From: an uncultured Planctomycetaceae bacterium
GTDB taxonomy: Bacteria > Planctomycetota > Planctomycetia > Pirellulales > Thermoguttaceae
Direction: 5' to 3'
Length of the DNA stretch: 47,304 nt
Assembly: GCA_964576215.1 (NCBI GenBank)
Contig: CAZNVM010000142.1
Location: 1 to 47,304, forward strand
Positions 8,958 to 17,648 of this stretch are shown in pieces; within the stretch, counting starts at the first letter, position 1; every line of letters starts with the position of its first letter. The position numbers were made by a program, and so were the translations under genes. Under the pieces are notes generated by a model. That model saw nothing but the letters and a program-made list of their open reading frames with translations, ran no database searches and was not told the DNA's origin.

Positions 8958-9062
8958 GGTGATAAGTGATAAGGGATAAGTGATAAGTGATAAGTGATAA
9001 GTGATAAGTGATAAGTGATAAGTGATAAGTGATAAAAACACTTATCACCTTATCACTTATCA
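8958..9062. repeat. asymmetric heptamer-repeat hairpin (GATAAGT, about 11 units left, about 3 units right)
   Basis: ggtgataagtgataagggataagt(gataagt)n...gataaaaaca cttatcaccttatcacttatca. Confidence 0.9.
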
Positions 9063-9069
9063 TTTTTTT

Positions 9070-10650
9070 TTACGCTTCTTCAAGTACCGTAAAACCGATG
9101 GCGTCGGCCAATTCGAAGATTTCCTTCTTCAGATCGCCGTAAACCGTAACACGGTGCCAACCCCATTGGTCCCATTCGGAGAACAGTTTTTCAAAATCAC
9201 CGGACACTTCCGCACAGATTTTCGTGCGGCAGGCACGGTCTTCGTAAGAGTTGGCGACGGCAACCGCCTGGTGGAACAGAATCCGCTTGCCGATCATGTC
9301 GAACTCAATCGTCGTCGTCATGTAACCGGTCGGTGCCAGGGATCGAAGGCTGGCCCCTTGCCGATCTTCCGAGTGCGTCAAAATTTCGTAACTGTTGGTC
9401 GGACCGTCCGGCCCAAACATCTTGGTCGAAGCGACACAATGGGCGTAGATGATCTGCCGCGTCGCCACGTCCATGACCGGATCGGAAATGAAGCCGGGCC
9501 GCCCCTGGGTCATTTTCGTCAAGACGGCCATCGTCAGGGCGGAACGAATATCGCACTCGCAACCGCCGACCAGGGCCATGTTGCACAGTTCAAAGAAGCC
9601 CAGGCACGGGTAAGCGAAAATGTGACCGCCGTAAAAACCGCCAAGACAGTTCACCGTGATCCCCATCGCCCCATGCTCGTCGAGAAGGGCTTTTTCGGCA
9701 AGGAACATCGCCGCTGATTTGAAAAGTTCCTCGTCGGTGATCCCATTCTCGATTGTTACCGCTTCTTTTTTCCAACGGTCAACGATCTTTTGGGCTTCCG
9801 TTTTTTCCGCCATCGCTTTGTCCCAGGCGGCGTTCAAGTCGGCAAACGGCAGTTCGACAATGTCCATGCCGAATACCTCTTTGGCGGCACCGGCGTACTG
9901 GTGCCACGGCTGCCCGATGGTAAGGATTTTGACCCCTTTAAGTTCTTCCAGCAGTTTTTCCGTCGAAAGGCAATTCACCTTGTCCTCGACGATTTTCAAC
10001 TCTTTGTTGTACGGTTTGGTTCGTTCCTTGCGGACATTTTCGACGGCGGCGACGAATTCCTTCGGCGTTCCCCCTTTGGCAATGACTTCAAAACAGCGGG
10101 CCGCTTCGAGAATATCGCTGAACTGGGACGACGCGATGAAACTGGCGTTTTCCGATTTTGCCCGAAGGAGTTGGGCGGAGTAAACCAAAAAACCACCGCT
10201 TCCGGCGTAGGAAAAATCGCAGTAGAGTGTCGGCTTGCCCGTGGCGGCGACGGGCTGAATCACCGGATTCCAACAGTTCATTTGGAAAACAATGTACCCG
10301 TGAACTTGGTCGCCGTCTTCTGCGAGAATCTGGTTGGCGGCGTCTGCACCGTTGGCAAGCGAAGAGACAAACTCGACCTCGGGCAGGACCTTTTTCAGAC
10401 CGCTCATGTAATCGTCCATGACCGGACGGAAATCAAATCCGATGTTCGGCCAGTCGGGCCTGTTTTGGACATCGGCGTGAAGCGAGAAGAACACGCGGAT
10501 TTTCATTTTTTTTCCGGTTTCTTGGGCGAAAACGGGCTTGGCAGGTGAAACGGCCGTAACTCCGGCGGCAGCGGCAAGGGCACCGGCGGCGACAAATTGA
10601 CGACGGGAAAGACCACAACAGACGCAGCCGGACTGATGTTCATGCGACAT
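9070..10650 (-). CDS. Tat-signal protein of unknown function (possibly sugar-isomerase-like fold)
   Basis: 526-aa ORF. The N-terminus has the SRRQFVAAGALAAAAG twin-arginine motif. The central CECD and GG-rich segments are vaguely reminiscent of the FucI/AraA superfamily, which is an inference only. Confidence 0.5.
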   Translation of the reverse strand: MSHEHQSGCVCCGLSRRQFVAAGALAAAAGVTAVSPAKPVFAQETGKKMKIRVFFSLHADVQNRPDWPNIGFDFRPVMDDYMSGLKKVLPEVEFVSSLANGADAANQILAEDGDQVHGYIVFQMNCWNPVIQPVAATGKPTLYCDFSYAGSGGFLVYSAQLLRAKSENASFIASSQFSDILEAARCFEVIAKGGTPKEFVAAVENVRKERTKPYNKELKIVEDKVNCLSTEKLLEELKGVKILTIGQPWHQYAGAAKEVFGMDIVELPFADLNAAWDKAMAEKTEAQKIVDRWKKEAVTIENGITDEELFKSAAMFLAEKALLDEHGAMGITVNCLGGFYGGHIFAYPCLGFFELCNMALVGGCECDIRSALTMAVLTKMTQGRPGFISDPVMDVATRQIIYAHCVASTKMFGPDGPTNSYEILTHSEDRQGASLRSLAPTGYMTTTIEFDMIGKRILFHQAVAVANSYEDRACRTKICAEVSGDFEKLFSEWDQWGWHRVTVYGDLKKEIFELADAIGFTVLEEA

Positions 10651-10755
10651 GGGAATACTCCTTGAAAAAGTAGGACGGATGATCTGAGCGACTTGCTCAA
10701 CGTAACTCTATTATGGAAAATGGAAAAGAAAAAAGCAAGAGAGGCTCTCAAAGTA

Positions 10756-10862
10756 AACCCAATCAGAACCACGCACAATCAGAGCCGCGCACGGAGTAAG
10801 CGGTGCCCCCGGTGGTAGCGTGAAAACCGCTTACTCCGTGCGCGGCTCTGATTGTACGCGGT
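10756..10862. repeat. palindromic element copy 1 (30-bp perfect stem, 21-nt loop)
   Basis: acaatcagagccgcgcacggagtaagcggt (10775-10804), loop gcccccggtggtagcgtgaaa, accgcttactccgtgcgcggctctgattgt (10826-10855). A degenerate caatcagaacc unit lies upstream. Confidence 0.9.
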
Positions 10863-10873
10863 TGGAATTTCTT

Positions 10874-12361
10874 TTACGATTGCGGTTCGGAAGCGGCACG
10901 GGCCAACTCTTCGTAAAAATCCAAATATTGTCGTGCGCTGCGGGTCCAAGACCAATCCAATTTCATGCAGGTCAACATGATTTGACGCCAAATCCCGGGG
11001 CGGTCACAAAAACAATGCAATGCCCGCCAAAGAGTGAGATTCAATTCGTGCGCCGACTCCAAAACGAAACTGAAGCCGCTCGCCGTTCCGTCGGCAATCG
11101 TCGCTTCATTGGTGTCTACGACCGTGTCGGCCAAACCGCCTGTCTCGTGAACAATCGGGATCGTTCCGTAAAGCTGGCTGTACATCTGGTTTAGTCCGCA
11201 CGGTTCGTATCGGCTCGGCATGAGAAACATGTCGCTGCCTGCCTCGATTTTGTGTGCCAGTTCATTGGAAAACGTCAACCGAACCGCAACGTTCCGGGGA
11301 AATTCCGCTTGCAACTGCGCAAGTTGATTTTCAATGTAGGAATCACCGGAACCCAAAAAACAGTATTGAACATTGTGATTACGGATCCAATCCGGTGCGG
11401 TTTCCAAAATCAAATCGATCCCTTTTTGCGAGGCAAGCCGTCCGACAACCCCCAAAAGCGGCGTCTCGGGGTTTTCGTCCAAGCCCATCTCTTTTTGAAG
11501 CGCAGCCTTGCAAATCGGTTTCTTTTCGAACACGTCTTCGGTCGTAAACGGAGCGGCGATAAACGGATCCGTCCCGGGATTCCACGCTTCCGTACAAATA
11601 CCGTTAAGGATTCCCCGCAATGAGTCTTTGCGATACTGTAACACCGATTCCATCGCACAGCCGTATTCCGACGTCTGAATTTCCTGGGCGTATCGCGGAC
11701 TGACCGTGCTGATCCCATCGGCGAACACCACGCCGGTTTTGAGCATGTTCAGCTTGCCGTGAAACTCCATCTTGTCGAACGTAAAGTATTTCCAATCAAT
11801 CCCGGTCAGCGGCATATCCCAATGCCAAAAGATTCCCTGATATGCAAGATTGTGGATCGTGTGAAGCGTTGCGATTTTCGAGTAGAGCGGCTTGTCTCGG
11901 TAAAAAATCTTCAAATAGGCCGGAACCAGACCGGTCTGCCAGTCGTTCGTGTGAAGTACGTCGATCTCCCACTGCATCGCGTCGATCAATTCCAACACGG
12001 CTCGGGAAAAGAAAACGAACCGTTCGCAATTGTCGCCGTAATCCTGCTCATTTTCGTTGTAAAGTCCTGCCCGGTCAAAATAGTGATCGTTTTGGATCAG
12101 GATAACTTGAACGTCGGAATTGGGAATACGGCTTTCCAAGAGATTGCCTTTGACGACCCTGTCATTGACCGGGACCGCGATTTCGGTGTGCAAATCGGTA
12201 ATCGGCTGCCCGGATTGAAACGCTTGCCGATAAGCCGGAAGAACGACGCGAACGGTGTTCCCCAACTTGGCAAGAGCTTTGGGGAGTGAATTGCTCACAT
12301 CGCCCAAACCGCCGGTTTTGGCAAACGGAACCGTTTCGCTGGCTGCATAAAGGATATTCAT
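10874..12361 (-). CDS. glgA: glycogen synthase (ADP-glucose type)
   Basis: The canonical N-terminus MNILYAASETVPFAKTGGLGDV begins at the ATG at 12361. The track ORF extends to 12487, but that extension has no GlgA counterpart. The C-terminal GGLADTV motif is present. Confidence 0.9.
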   Translation of the reverse strand: MNILYAASETVPFAKTGGLGDVSNSLPKALAKLGNTVRVVLPAYRQAFQSGQPITDLHTEIAVPVNDRVVKGNLLESRIPNSDVQVILIQNDHYFDRAGLYNENEQDYGDNCERFVFFSRAVLELIDAMQWEIDVLHTNDWQTGLVPAYLKIFYRDKPLYSKIATLHTIHNLAYQGIFWHWDMPLTGIDWKYFTFDKMEFHGKLNMLKTGVVFADGISTVSPRYAQEIQTSEYGCAMESVLQYRKDSLRGILNGICTEAWNPGTDPFIAAPFTTEDVFEKKPICKAALQKEMGLDENPETPLLGVVGRLASQKGIDLILETAPDWIRNHNVQYCFLGSGDSYIENQLAQLQAEFPRNVAVRLTFSNELAHKIEAGSDMFLMPSRYEPCGLNQMYSQLYGTIPIVHETGGLADTVVDTNEATIADGTASGFSFVLESAHELNLTLWRALHCFCDRPGIWRQIMLTCMKLDWSWTRSARQYLDFYEELARAASEPQS

Positions 12362-12678
12362 TTGAACCCTCAAAATCAGGGGATCCACCAAATCGTACAC
12401 TCTCCATTCACGTTTCCTGTCGATCCTCCGACGAGAGATTCTAGCATAATTTACGCATTGCGGGATGGGCGGCGACGGAGAAATCAAATTTCTTTCGAGA
12501 AATTCTCGGTTTCTATTGAGAATTTTGAAATCTGTTTATTTTATAAAATCGGCAAACTTTAGCTAAACCATAAACCCTGCGTAGTCGATAAAAAAGACAC
12601 AGGATGTTTTTTGTTTAGCCGCCGCACCCTGTGCGGTATTTCCGGTTGCACCGACACACTTCGTCGTACAAATCTCCC

Positions 12679-13701
12679 ATGAAACGCACCGCTATTGCGA
12701 TCCTCGTTTTTTTCGTTCTCGGTTTAGGTTCTTTCACTCACGCCGCGAGTTTGGGGGTTAATCTGCTCAATCCCAAGCGGGTGGACGCCGATCCGAAAAA
12801 AGTCTACAGGCTCGAAGAGAGAAACGGGCCGTGGATGATTGTCGTGAAACGTTTCAGCGGAGAAAACGCCGAGGAAAACGCAAATAAACTCGTCTATGAG
12901 TTGCGCAGCAAATACAAGCTGAACGCTTATCTTTTCGACAAAGAGTTTAAGTTCAGCGTTTCCGACGGGATGAAAGCGGCGGAGAGAAAGCAGTACACCA
13001 AAGAAAAATACGTCAAACCGGTTGCTCGGGAGTACATTGTACTGGTCGGCGATTTCCAATCGGCGGAGGACAAGGATTACAAGGAAGCTCTCCAGAAGAT
13101 CAAGACGAAATTTCCGCCGGAAATTCTCCAGGTTGCCGGAACCCAGGCCCCGCTCATCGGTGCGTTTGGAACGCTCAATCCGTTGCTTCCCCCCGATTTT
13201 CTGAATCCCAAGGGGTACGTCGATGCGTTTATCGAGCGTCTCAACTCCGACAGCAAGTATAGTTTGCTGAACAATCCGGGCCGATTTACGGTTCGGGTTG
13301 CAACGTTTACCGGCGAAACGATCATCAAACAGGACGAGGTCAAACAAATTTTAAATGGACGCAGTGATAAGAAAGCGACCGGCAAAACACTGGCCCAGGC
13401 GGGAGTCAATGCGTCTGAACTCTGTGCCGCACTCCGCAAGCAAGGGGTGGACGCCTACGAATTTCACGACCGGTATTCCAGCATTGTAACCGTAGGCAGT
13501 TTTAACGAGGTCGGAACGATGGGACCGCAGGGGACTGTCGAACCGATCCCGGAAATCGCACGAATTTTCGAAGCGTACAAAGGGGTTTACCGGCAACCGA
13601 CCGCGGACAACATGCTCCCGTACATGCCGAAATCGCTCGGTGGAATCGAGTTCGACGTGCAGCCGACCGTGATTATGGTTCCCAAAAAGATGCGAAAGTA
13701 A
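12679..13701 (+). CDS. secreted protein with three SPOR-like repeats (inference)
   Basis: The signal peptide MKRTAIAILVFFVLGLGSFTHAAS starts at the ATG at 12679. Three segments have a SPOR-like pattern: WMIVVKRFSGENAEENANKLVYEL, YIVLVGDFQSAEDKDYKEAL and FTVRVATFTG...VTVGSF. Confidence 0.55.
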   Translation: MKRTAIAILVFFVLGLGSFTHAASLGVNLLNPKRVDADPKKVYRLEERNGPWMIVVKRFSGENAEENANKLVYELRSKYKLNAYLFDKEFKFSVSDGMKAAERKQYTKEKYVKPVAREYIVLVGDFQSAEDKDYKEALQKIKTKFPPEILQVAGTQAPLIGAFGTLNPLLPPDFLNPKGYVDAFIERLNSDSKYSLLNNPGRFTVRVATFTGETIIKQDEVKQILNGRSDKKATGKTLAQAGVNASELCAALRKQGVDAYEFHDRYSSIVTVGSFNEVGTMGPQGTVEPIPEIARIFEAYKGVYRQPTADNMLPYMPKSLGGIEFDVQPTVIMVPKKMRK

Positions 13702-14008
13702 GCCCAGGAAAAATACCCTCTTGACAGAACCATGAGTCGATGACATTTGACAACCGGGCAGGCCGGGGCGTTGCGTTGGGCAGAGGCAATGGGCGATTCT
13801 TTGAACGAAAATGACGACACCTCTTTCAAGGCTTGCTCTACGGAATGGAGGTGAACAATTCCTATCTTTCCCGCATTAGTCCAGTCGCGCAATTTCCCCT
13901 ACAAATTACTTATCTTTTACAACCGGTATAACCGATACTGGAGACATCCGGTTTTTTACGTCTGGAAAACCGCCCTGAATTATTGCCCATTCCCCCTATT
14001 TTGACAGG

Positions 14009-17000
14009 ATGTCGTTTCCGATCAATAACTTTAATCTCAAATCGAATTACGGTTCCCTGATGGGACAGCTGAACCTGAGCCGCAACGAATCAGGGATATC
14101 GATGCTGATCCGTAATCTTAGCAGCGGACTACAAATTCACTCTGGCCGCGACGATCCGTCCGGCTTTGTTACCAGTTCGATTCTGCGTAGCGAGATCGTT
14201 TCGCTGAAACAGGCGATTACCAATTCTTCCCGGGCAAGCTCCGTTTGTAGCGTTGCCGACAGTGCGCTCGCCCAGGTGAACGTGATTCTCATTGAGATGC
14301 AGCGTATGACCGTCGAAGCGGCGAACACCGGCGTCAACAACGAAACGATTCTCCGTTCGTTGCAACTGCAAATGGACAGTTCCCTCGATTCGATCAACCG
14401 GATTGCGAACACAACGAAGTTCATGGGCCAAAACCTGCTTGATGGTTCGCTCAACTTTGTTACCTACGGTCTCGAATCGGACAAAATCGTTCATTACCAA
14501 ATCAACCAGGCCGATTTCGGCTTGATGACCGAAAAGGAAGTCTCCGTCAAAGTGCTCCAAAACGCCCAACCGGCGGTCCTGTTTTACCAGTACGGAGCGA
14601 TCAACGAAAAGACGACCCTCGAAATCGGCGGAAAGCTCGGTTATGAAGTTTTCGCGTTTGACAGAGAGGCGACCGTCGATCAAATCGCACAGGCCATCAA
14701 CATGATGACCAGCGCAACCGGGGTCGCCGCAACGGTAATGGCCCAAGCGTCGCCCGGCAATGTTTATGCGAGTTCCTACGGCAAGGACAACGACGTGATT
14801 ATCACCGCAAGCAAAGGGGGTTATCTCGAAGGGAACATCGTCGTCCGGTACACCGCTCCGAAAGAGGGGAACGGGCAGATGTCTCTGAATGTAACTCCCA
14901 GCAACGGGAATGACCCGACGGTGATCGAGGTCGTCCTTCAAACGGAAGAGTGGCAGTCGGCGATTTACCACTACAACGGCGAAAACGACGGGATTCCGCA
15001 CAACGAATTTAACTGGAAAAGCAAAATTGCCGGGACCGCTTACAACGATATTCAATTCACGATCAATAATGTACATGGAACGGACGAACCGGTCGGATTA
15101 ACGTACAACTTTGACACCAAGCCGTACGCAATCGATATCCGCGTCGATTACGACGCAGCCGATCCGCAAAGTCCGCAGAATACGACCGTCAACGACCTGA
15201 AAAGTTGGTTGCAAAACGACCCGGTTCTCTCGACCTACTTTGAAATCGAGGATGCTCTTTCGTCCAACGGGACCGGGCCGATTGTGCCGACGACGATTTT
15301 CACGCAACCGCAAATCGGCGTTAACGGCGGAAAAGTTCTTTCGACCGCCGAACAGGTTGTCAAATTGCTCAACACGTCGCCGCTTTTGCTGGACGAAAAA
15401 GGGAATGGCACCATCACGGCGTCGATTCCCTACGGTCAAACCGGCTTGGGAACCGTTGCCCCGTTCGCGGAGTACGCCTATTACGGGACGGTGGAACAGA
15501 ATAACCAATTGCAATTTCTCGGTCCGGCCGGTTCGCCGAACATTCGGTTTATGTGCGAACCGGGTACACCGCTTTCGGTCGATTACAACCGTTTTCCGCC
15601 GGTGTACGGAAAATCGACCGCAACGGTTCAAGGGACGAGTGCAAACACGACGTTTTCGCTTCGGGCACTCAGTCCCGGCAGCCAATACGACGGACTGGGA
15701 ATCATTTTTCAGGACGGCAAAAACGAATCCGCTCTGCTTGATCCGGCGAAAAACGCGATTGTGATTACGGTCGATTTTTCCGGTCGCAATTCCGACCCTG
15801 CCCGGCAGGAATTCAACATGGCGGACTTGCGGTCGCTTATTGAAAACAGCCCGACGCTCGGTTCGAAATTTGAGTTCGTTCCGCAGGTCGCGTTTGACGC
15901 CAAAAATCCCCCGGCGTTTGCAAGCTCCGACTACATTGGTGTCCATACGAAAATGTCCGAATTTTCCGGCGGACTTCTTGATCCGGGAAAGCTCGTCGTT
16001 CACCTGGAAACCGACGTCAACGGCAACGTGCTAACGACCGCCGCCGATCTGGTCCGGTTCTTCGACAATCCGGCCGGCGAGGAAGCGAAAGCGATTTTGA
16101 ACCAGCTCGGTATCAGCGTTTCTCTCGTCGATCCGACCAACGGAGCGACCGTGAATTGCGGAACGGATATGTCCCGGGTCGGACTCGGCCCGCTTGAACC
16201 GACGTACTGGCCGATTTGTCCGGGAGACGATAATCCGCAGATCGCCGACATTAGGTTTACCAGTTTCTACGGCGACACGAGACCGCAATATCCTCAAGCG
16301 ACCATCGTTGCACGGGACGGAATCAATTCCGTGTTCCAAATCACCGGAAGGAAAGCGGACGGTTCTCTGGAGGGGGTGTCGGTGCTTGTCGTGGACGATT
16401 TCACGCTTGGAAACGATCCCAATGCGAAAGTCGCTTATGATTTGATTTCGAAGCAATTTACGATTTCGGTCAACCCGTACAATCCGCCGACGGCACGGGA
16501 CGTCGTTGATTTGATTAACAAAACGGAAACCGTCAACATGCTGTTTACGGCGTCGATTCCGCAGTGGATTCCCGGTACGACGATCATTCCCAACGGAGCA
16601 GGTTGGGTTCGTTCCGGGGACGGTGGGACGCTGAAAGTCGAACAAACGGGACCGGCTCTCGGGATTCCGATGATCGGCAACAGCGATCACGGAAGCGTCG
16701 GACTTGCAATTTATTCGGTCGATTATGGCTCAAACGCCTTTGTTTCGGTCAAAGCGATTCAGGGAACAAATTTTCCGGTGATCGATTCCTGCGGCAATTA
16801 TTCCGAGCGAACGAAAGGCGTGGACATTAACGCCCTGATTAACAACATGCAGGCGGTTGGCAACGGTCAAATCGCGTCAATGAGCACAAGCGATCTGGAC
16901 GTTTCGCTTTGGATTGATCCGACGTTGTTGCCGGGAAGCGTCTTCGGATTCCGAATCACCGGCGGCGGTGCGCTCATGCAGCTCGGTCCGGAAGCCAATT

Positions 17001-17395
17001 CACTATCGCAGGCGAGAATTTCGTTTCAGGATATTCACACCACGAAGCTCGGTGGTGTCAGCGGGTACTTGAGCGAACTGCGGAGCGGAGCCGGAAAAGA
17101 CCTGTTTACGGACACGAAAGCGGCGTATAAAATCGTTACGGAAGCGATTGAGGAGATTTCATTCCTTCGCGGCATGATCGGGACGTTTCAAAAGAATCAG
17201 GTCGAAATCGGCATGGAACAGATGGAAGACGTTCTGGAAGCGTCGGTTTCCGCCGACAGTTTGATTCGTGACACCGATTTCGCGGTTTCCAGTTCGCAGT
17301 TGGCGAGACAACAGGTTCTTCTCCAGGCCGGGATCAGCGTGCTAAGTTATCCGAACGAAATGAACCGGCAGTTGCTTGGATTGTTGCAACGGTAA
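14009..17395 (+). CDS. giant flagellin-family protein (1128 aa)
   Basis: N-terminal flagellin domain (LSSGLQIHSGRDDPSGFVTSSILRSEI) and C-terminal flagellin domain (LIRDTDFAVSSSQLARQQVLLQAGISVLSYPNEMNRQLLGLLQR) flank a central insert of about 850 aa. Confidence 0.85.
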   Translation: MSFPINNFNLKSNYGSLMGQLNLSRNESGISMLIRNLSSGLQIHSGRDDPSGFVTSSILRSEIVSLKQAITNSSRASSVCSVADSALAQVNVILIEMQRMTVEAANTGVNNETILRSLQLQMDSSLDSINRIANTTKFMGQNLLDGSLNFVTYGLESDKIVHYQINQADFGLMTEKEVSVKVLQNAQPAVLFYQYGAINEKTTLEIGGKLGYEVFAFDREATVDQIAQAINMMTSATGVAATVMAQASPGNVYASSYGKDNDVIITASKGGYLEGNIVVRYTAPKEGNGQMSLNVTPSNGNDPTVIEVVLQTEEWQSAIYHYNGENDGIPHNEFNWKSKIAGTAYNDIQFTINNVHGTDEPVGLTYNFDTKPYAIDIRVDYDAADPQSPQNTTVNDLKSWLQNDPVLSTYFEIEDALSSNGTGPIVPTTIFTQPQIGVNGGKVLSTAEQVVKLLNTSPLLLDEKGNGTITASIPYGQTGLGTVAPFAEYAYYGTVEQNNQLQFLGPAGSPNIRFMCEPGTPLSVDYNRFPPVYGKSTATVQGTSANTTFSLRALSPGSQYDGLGIIFQDGKNESALLDPAKNAIVITVDFSGRNSDPARQEFNMADLRSLIENSPTLGSKFEFVPQVAFDAKNPPAFASSDYIGVHTKMSEFSGGLLDPGKLVVHLETDVNGNVLTTAADLVRFFDNPAGEEAKAILNQLGISVSLVDPTNGATVNCGTDMSRVGLGPLEPTYWPICPGDDNPQIADIRFTSFYGDTRPQYPQATIVARDGINSVFQITGRKADGSLEGVSVLVVDDFTLGNDPNAKVAYDLISKQFTISVNPYNPPTARDVVDLINKTETVNMLFTASIPQWIPGTTIIPNGAGWVRSGDGGTLKVEQTGPALGIPMIGNSDHGSVGLAIYSVDYGSNAFVSVKAIQGTNFPVIDSCGNYSERTKGVDINALINNMQAVGNGQIASMSTSDLDVSLWIDPTLLPGSVFGFRITGGGALMQLGPEANSLSQARISFQDIHTTKLGGVSGYLSELRSGAGKDLFTDTKAAYKIVTEAIEEISFLRGMIGTFQKNQVEIGMEQMEDVLEASVSADSLIRDTDFAVSSSQLARQQVLLQAGISVLSYPNEMNRQLLGLLQR

Positions 17396-17556
17396 AATAC
17401 CGTTTACAAACAGTAATGGGCTTGGTTTGGATTGAGCCTTTTCTCACGAAAACGTTGAGGATCGTGAATAATTTGTTCATAGTGCTCTTCCGTGCCAGGA
17501 AGATTTATGGTACGCTGTCCATAATGAGCACGCGACGTAGCGGGCTTGTTATACAC

Positions 17557-17648
17557 CCGATTTCCTATTTCCTCTACTGTTTTGAGTTACCATTTGTTTA
17601 CGATTTGAGTTCATTTCGTAATTCGTAATTCGTAATTCGTAATTAAAA
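17557..17648. repeat. repeat block: GGAAATA units, module X (reverse orientation), CGTAATT x4
   Basis: ccgatttcctatttcctct + actgttttgagttaccatttgtttacgatttgagttca (17576-17613) + tttcgtaattcgtaattcgtaattcgtaatt. This is the reverse complement of 4787-4866 at roughly 90 percent identity. Confidence 0.9.

Noticed and set aside
8958-9062. Possibility that the tandem arrays are CRISPR-like
   Set aside because: The units are 7 nt with no unique spacers and no cas genes, and the arrays form inverted pairs. They are not CRISPR.
8947-9063. N-terminal extension with ITYHLSL x4 of the 204-aa ORF
   Set aside because: It is a translation of the GATAAGT heptamer array. A proper Met + signal peptide follows at 8946.
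10779-10991. Small ORFs spanning palindromic element copies (10503-10778, 10779-10991, 36651-36893, 19949-20173)
   Set aside because: The reading frames are created by the repeat sequence itself and by the 3' ends of real genes. They have no independent coding signal.
12362-12487. Upstream extension of the glgA ORF. The analogous cases are rsmA 22691-22858, glgX 38878-38967 and the SPOR-like gene 12631-12678.
   Set aside because: In each case the conserved family N-terminus or signal peptide begins at an internal ATG, and the extension has no counterpart in the family.
13895-13940. Sigma28 (FliA) promoter upstream of the flagellin gene
   Set aside because: Only a partial -10 match (aCCGATAc at 13931-13938) is present. 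No TAAA -35 lies at the required 15-nt spacing.
17401-17560. Short minus-strand frame (...YNKPATSRAHYGQRTINLPGTEEHYEQIIHDPQRFREKRL...) faintly like the YN..R.H...T C-terminus of DDE integrase-core transposases
   Set aside because: It is only about 50 codons with no upstream catalytic region and a weak match. It could be a relic but cannot be supported from sequence alone. The 70-aa plus-strand ORF 17416-17628 is also rejected because it runs into repeat units.
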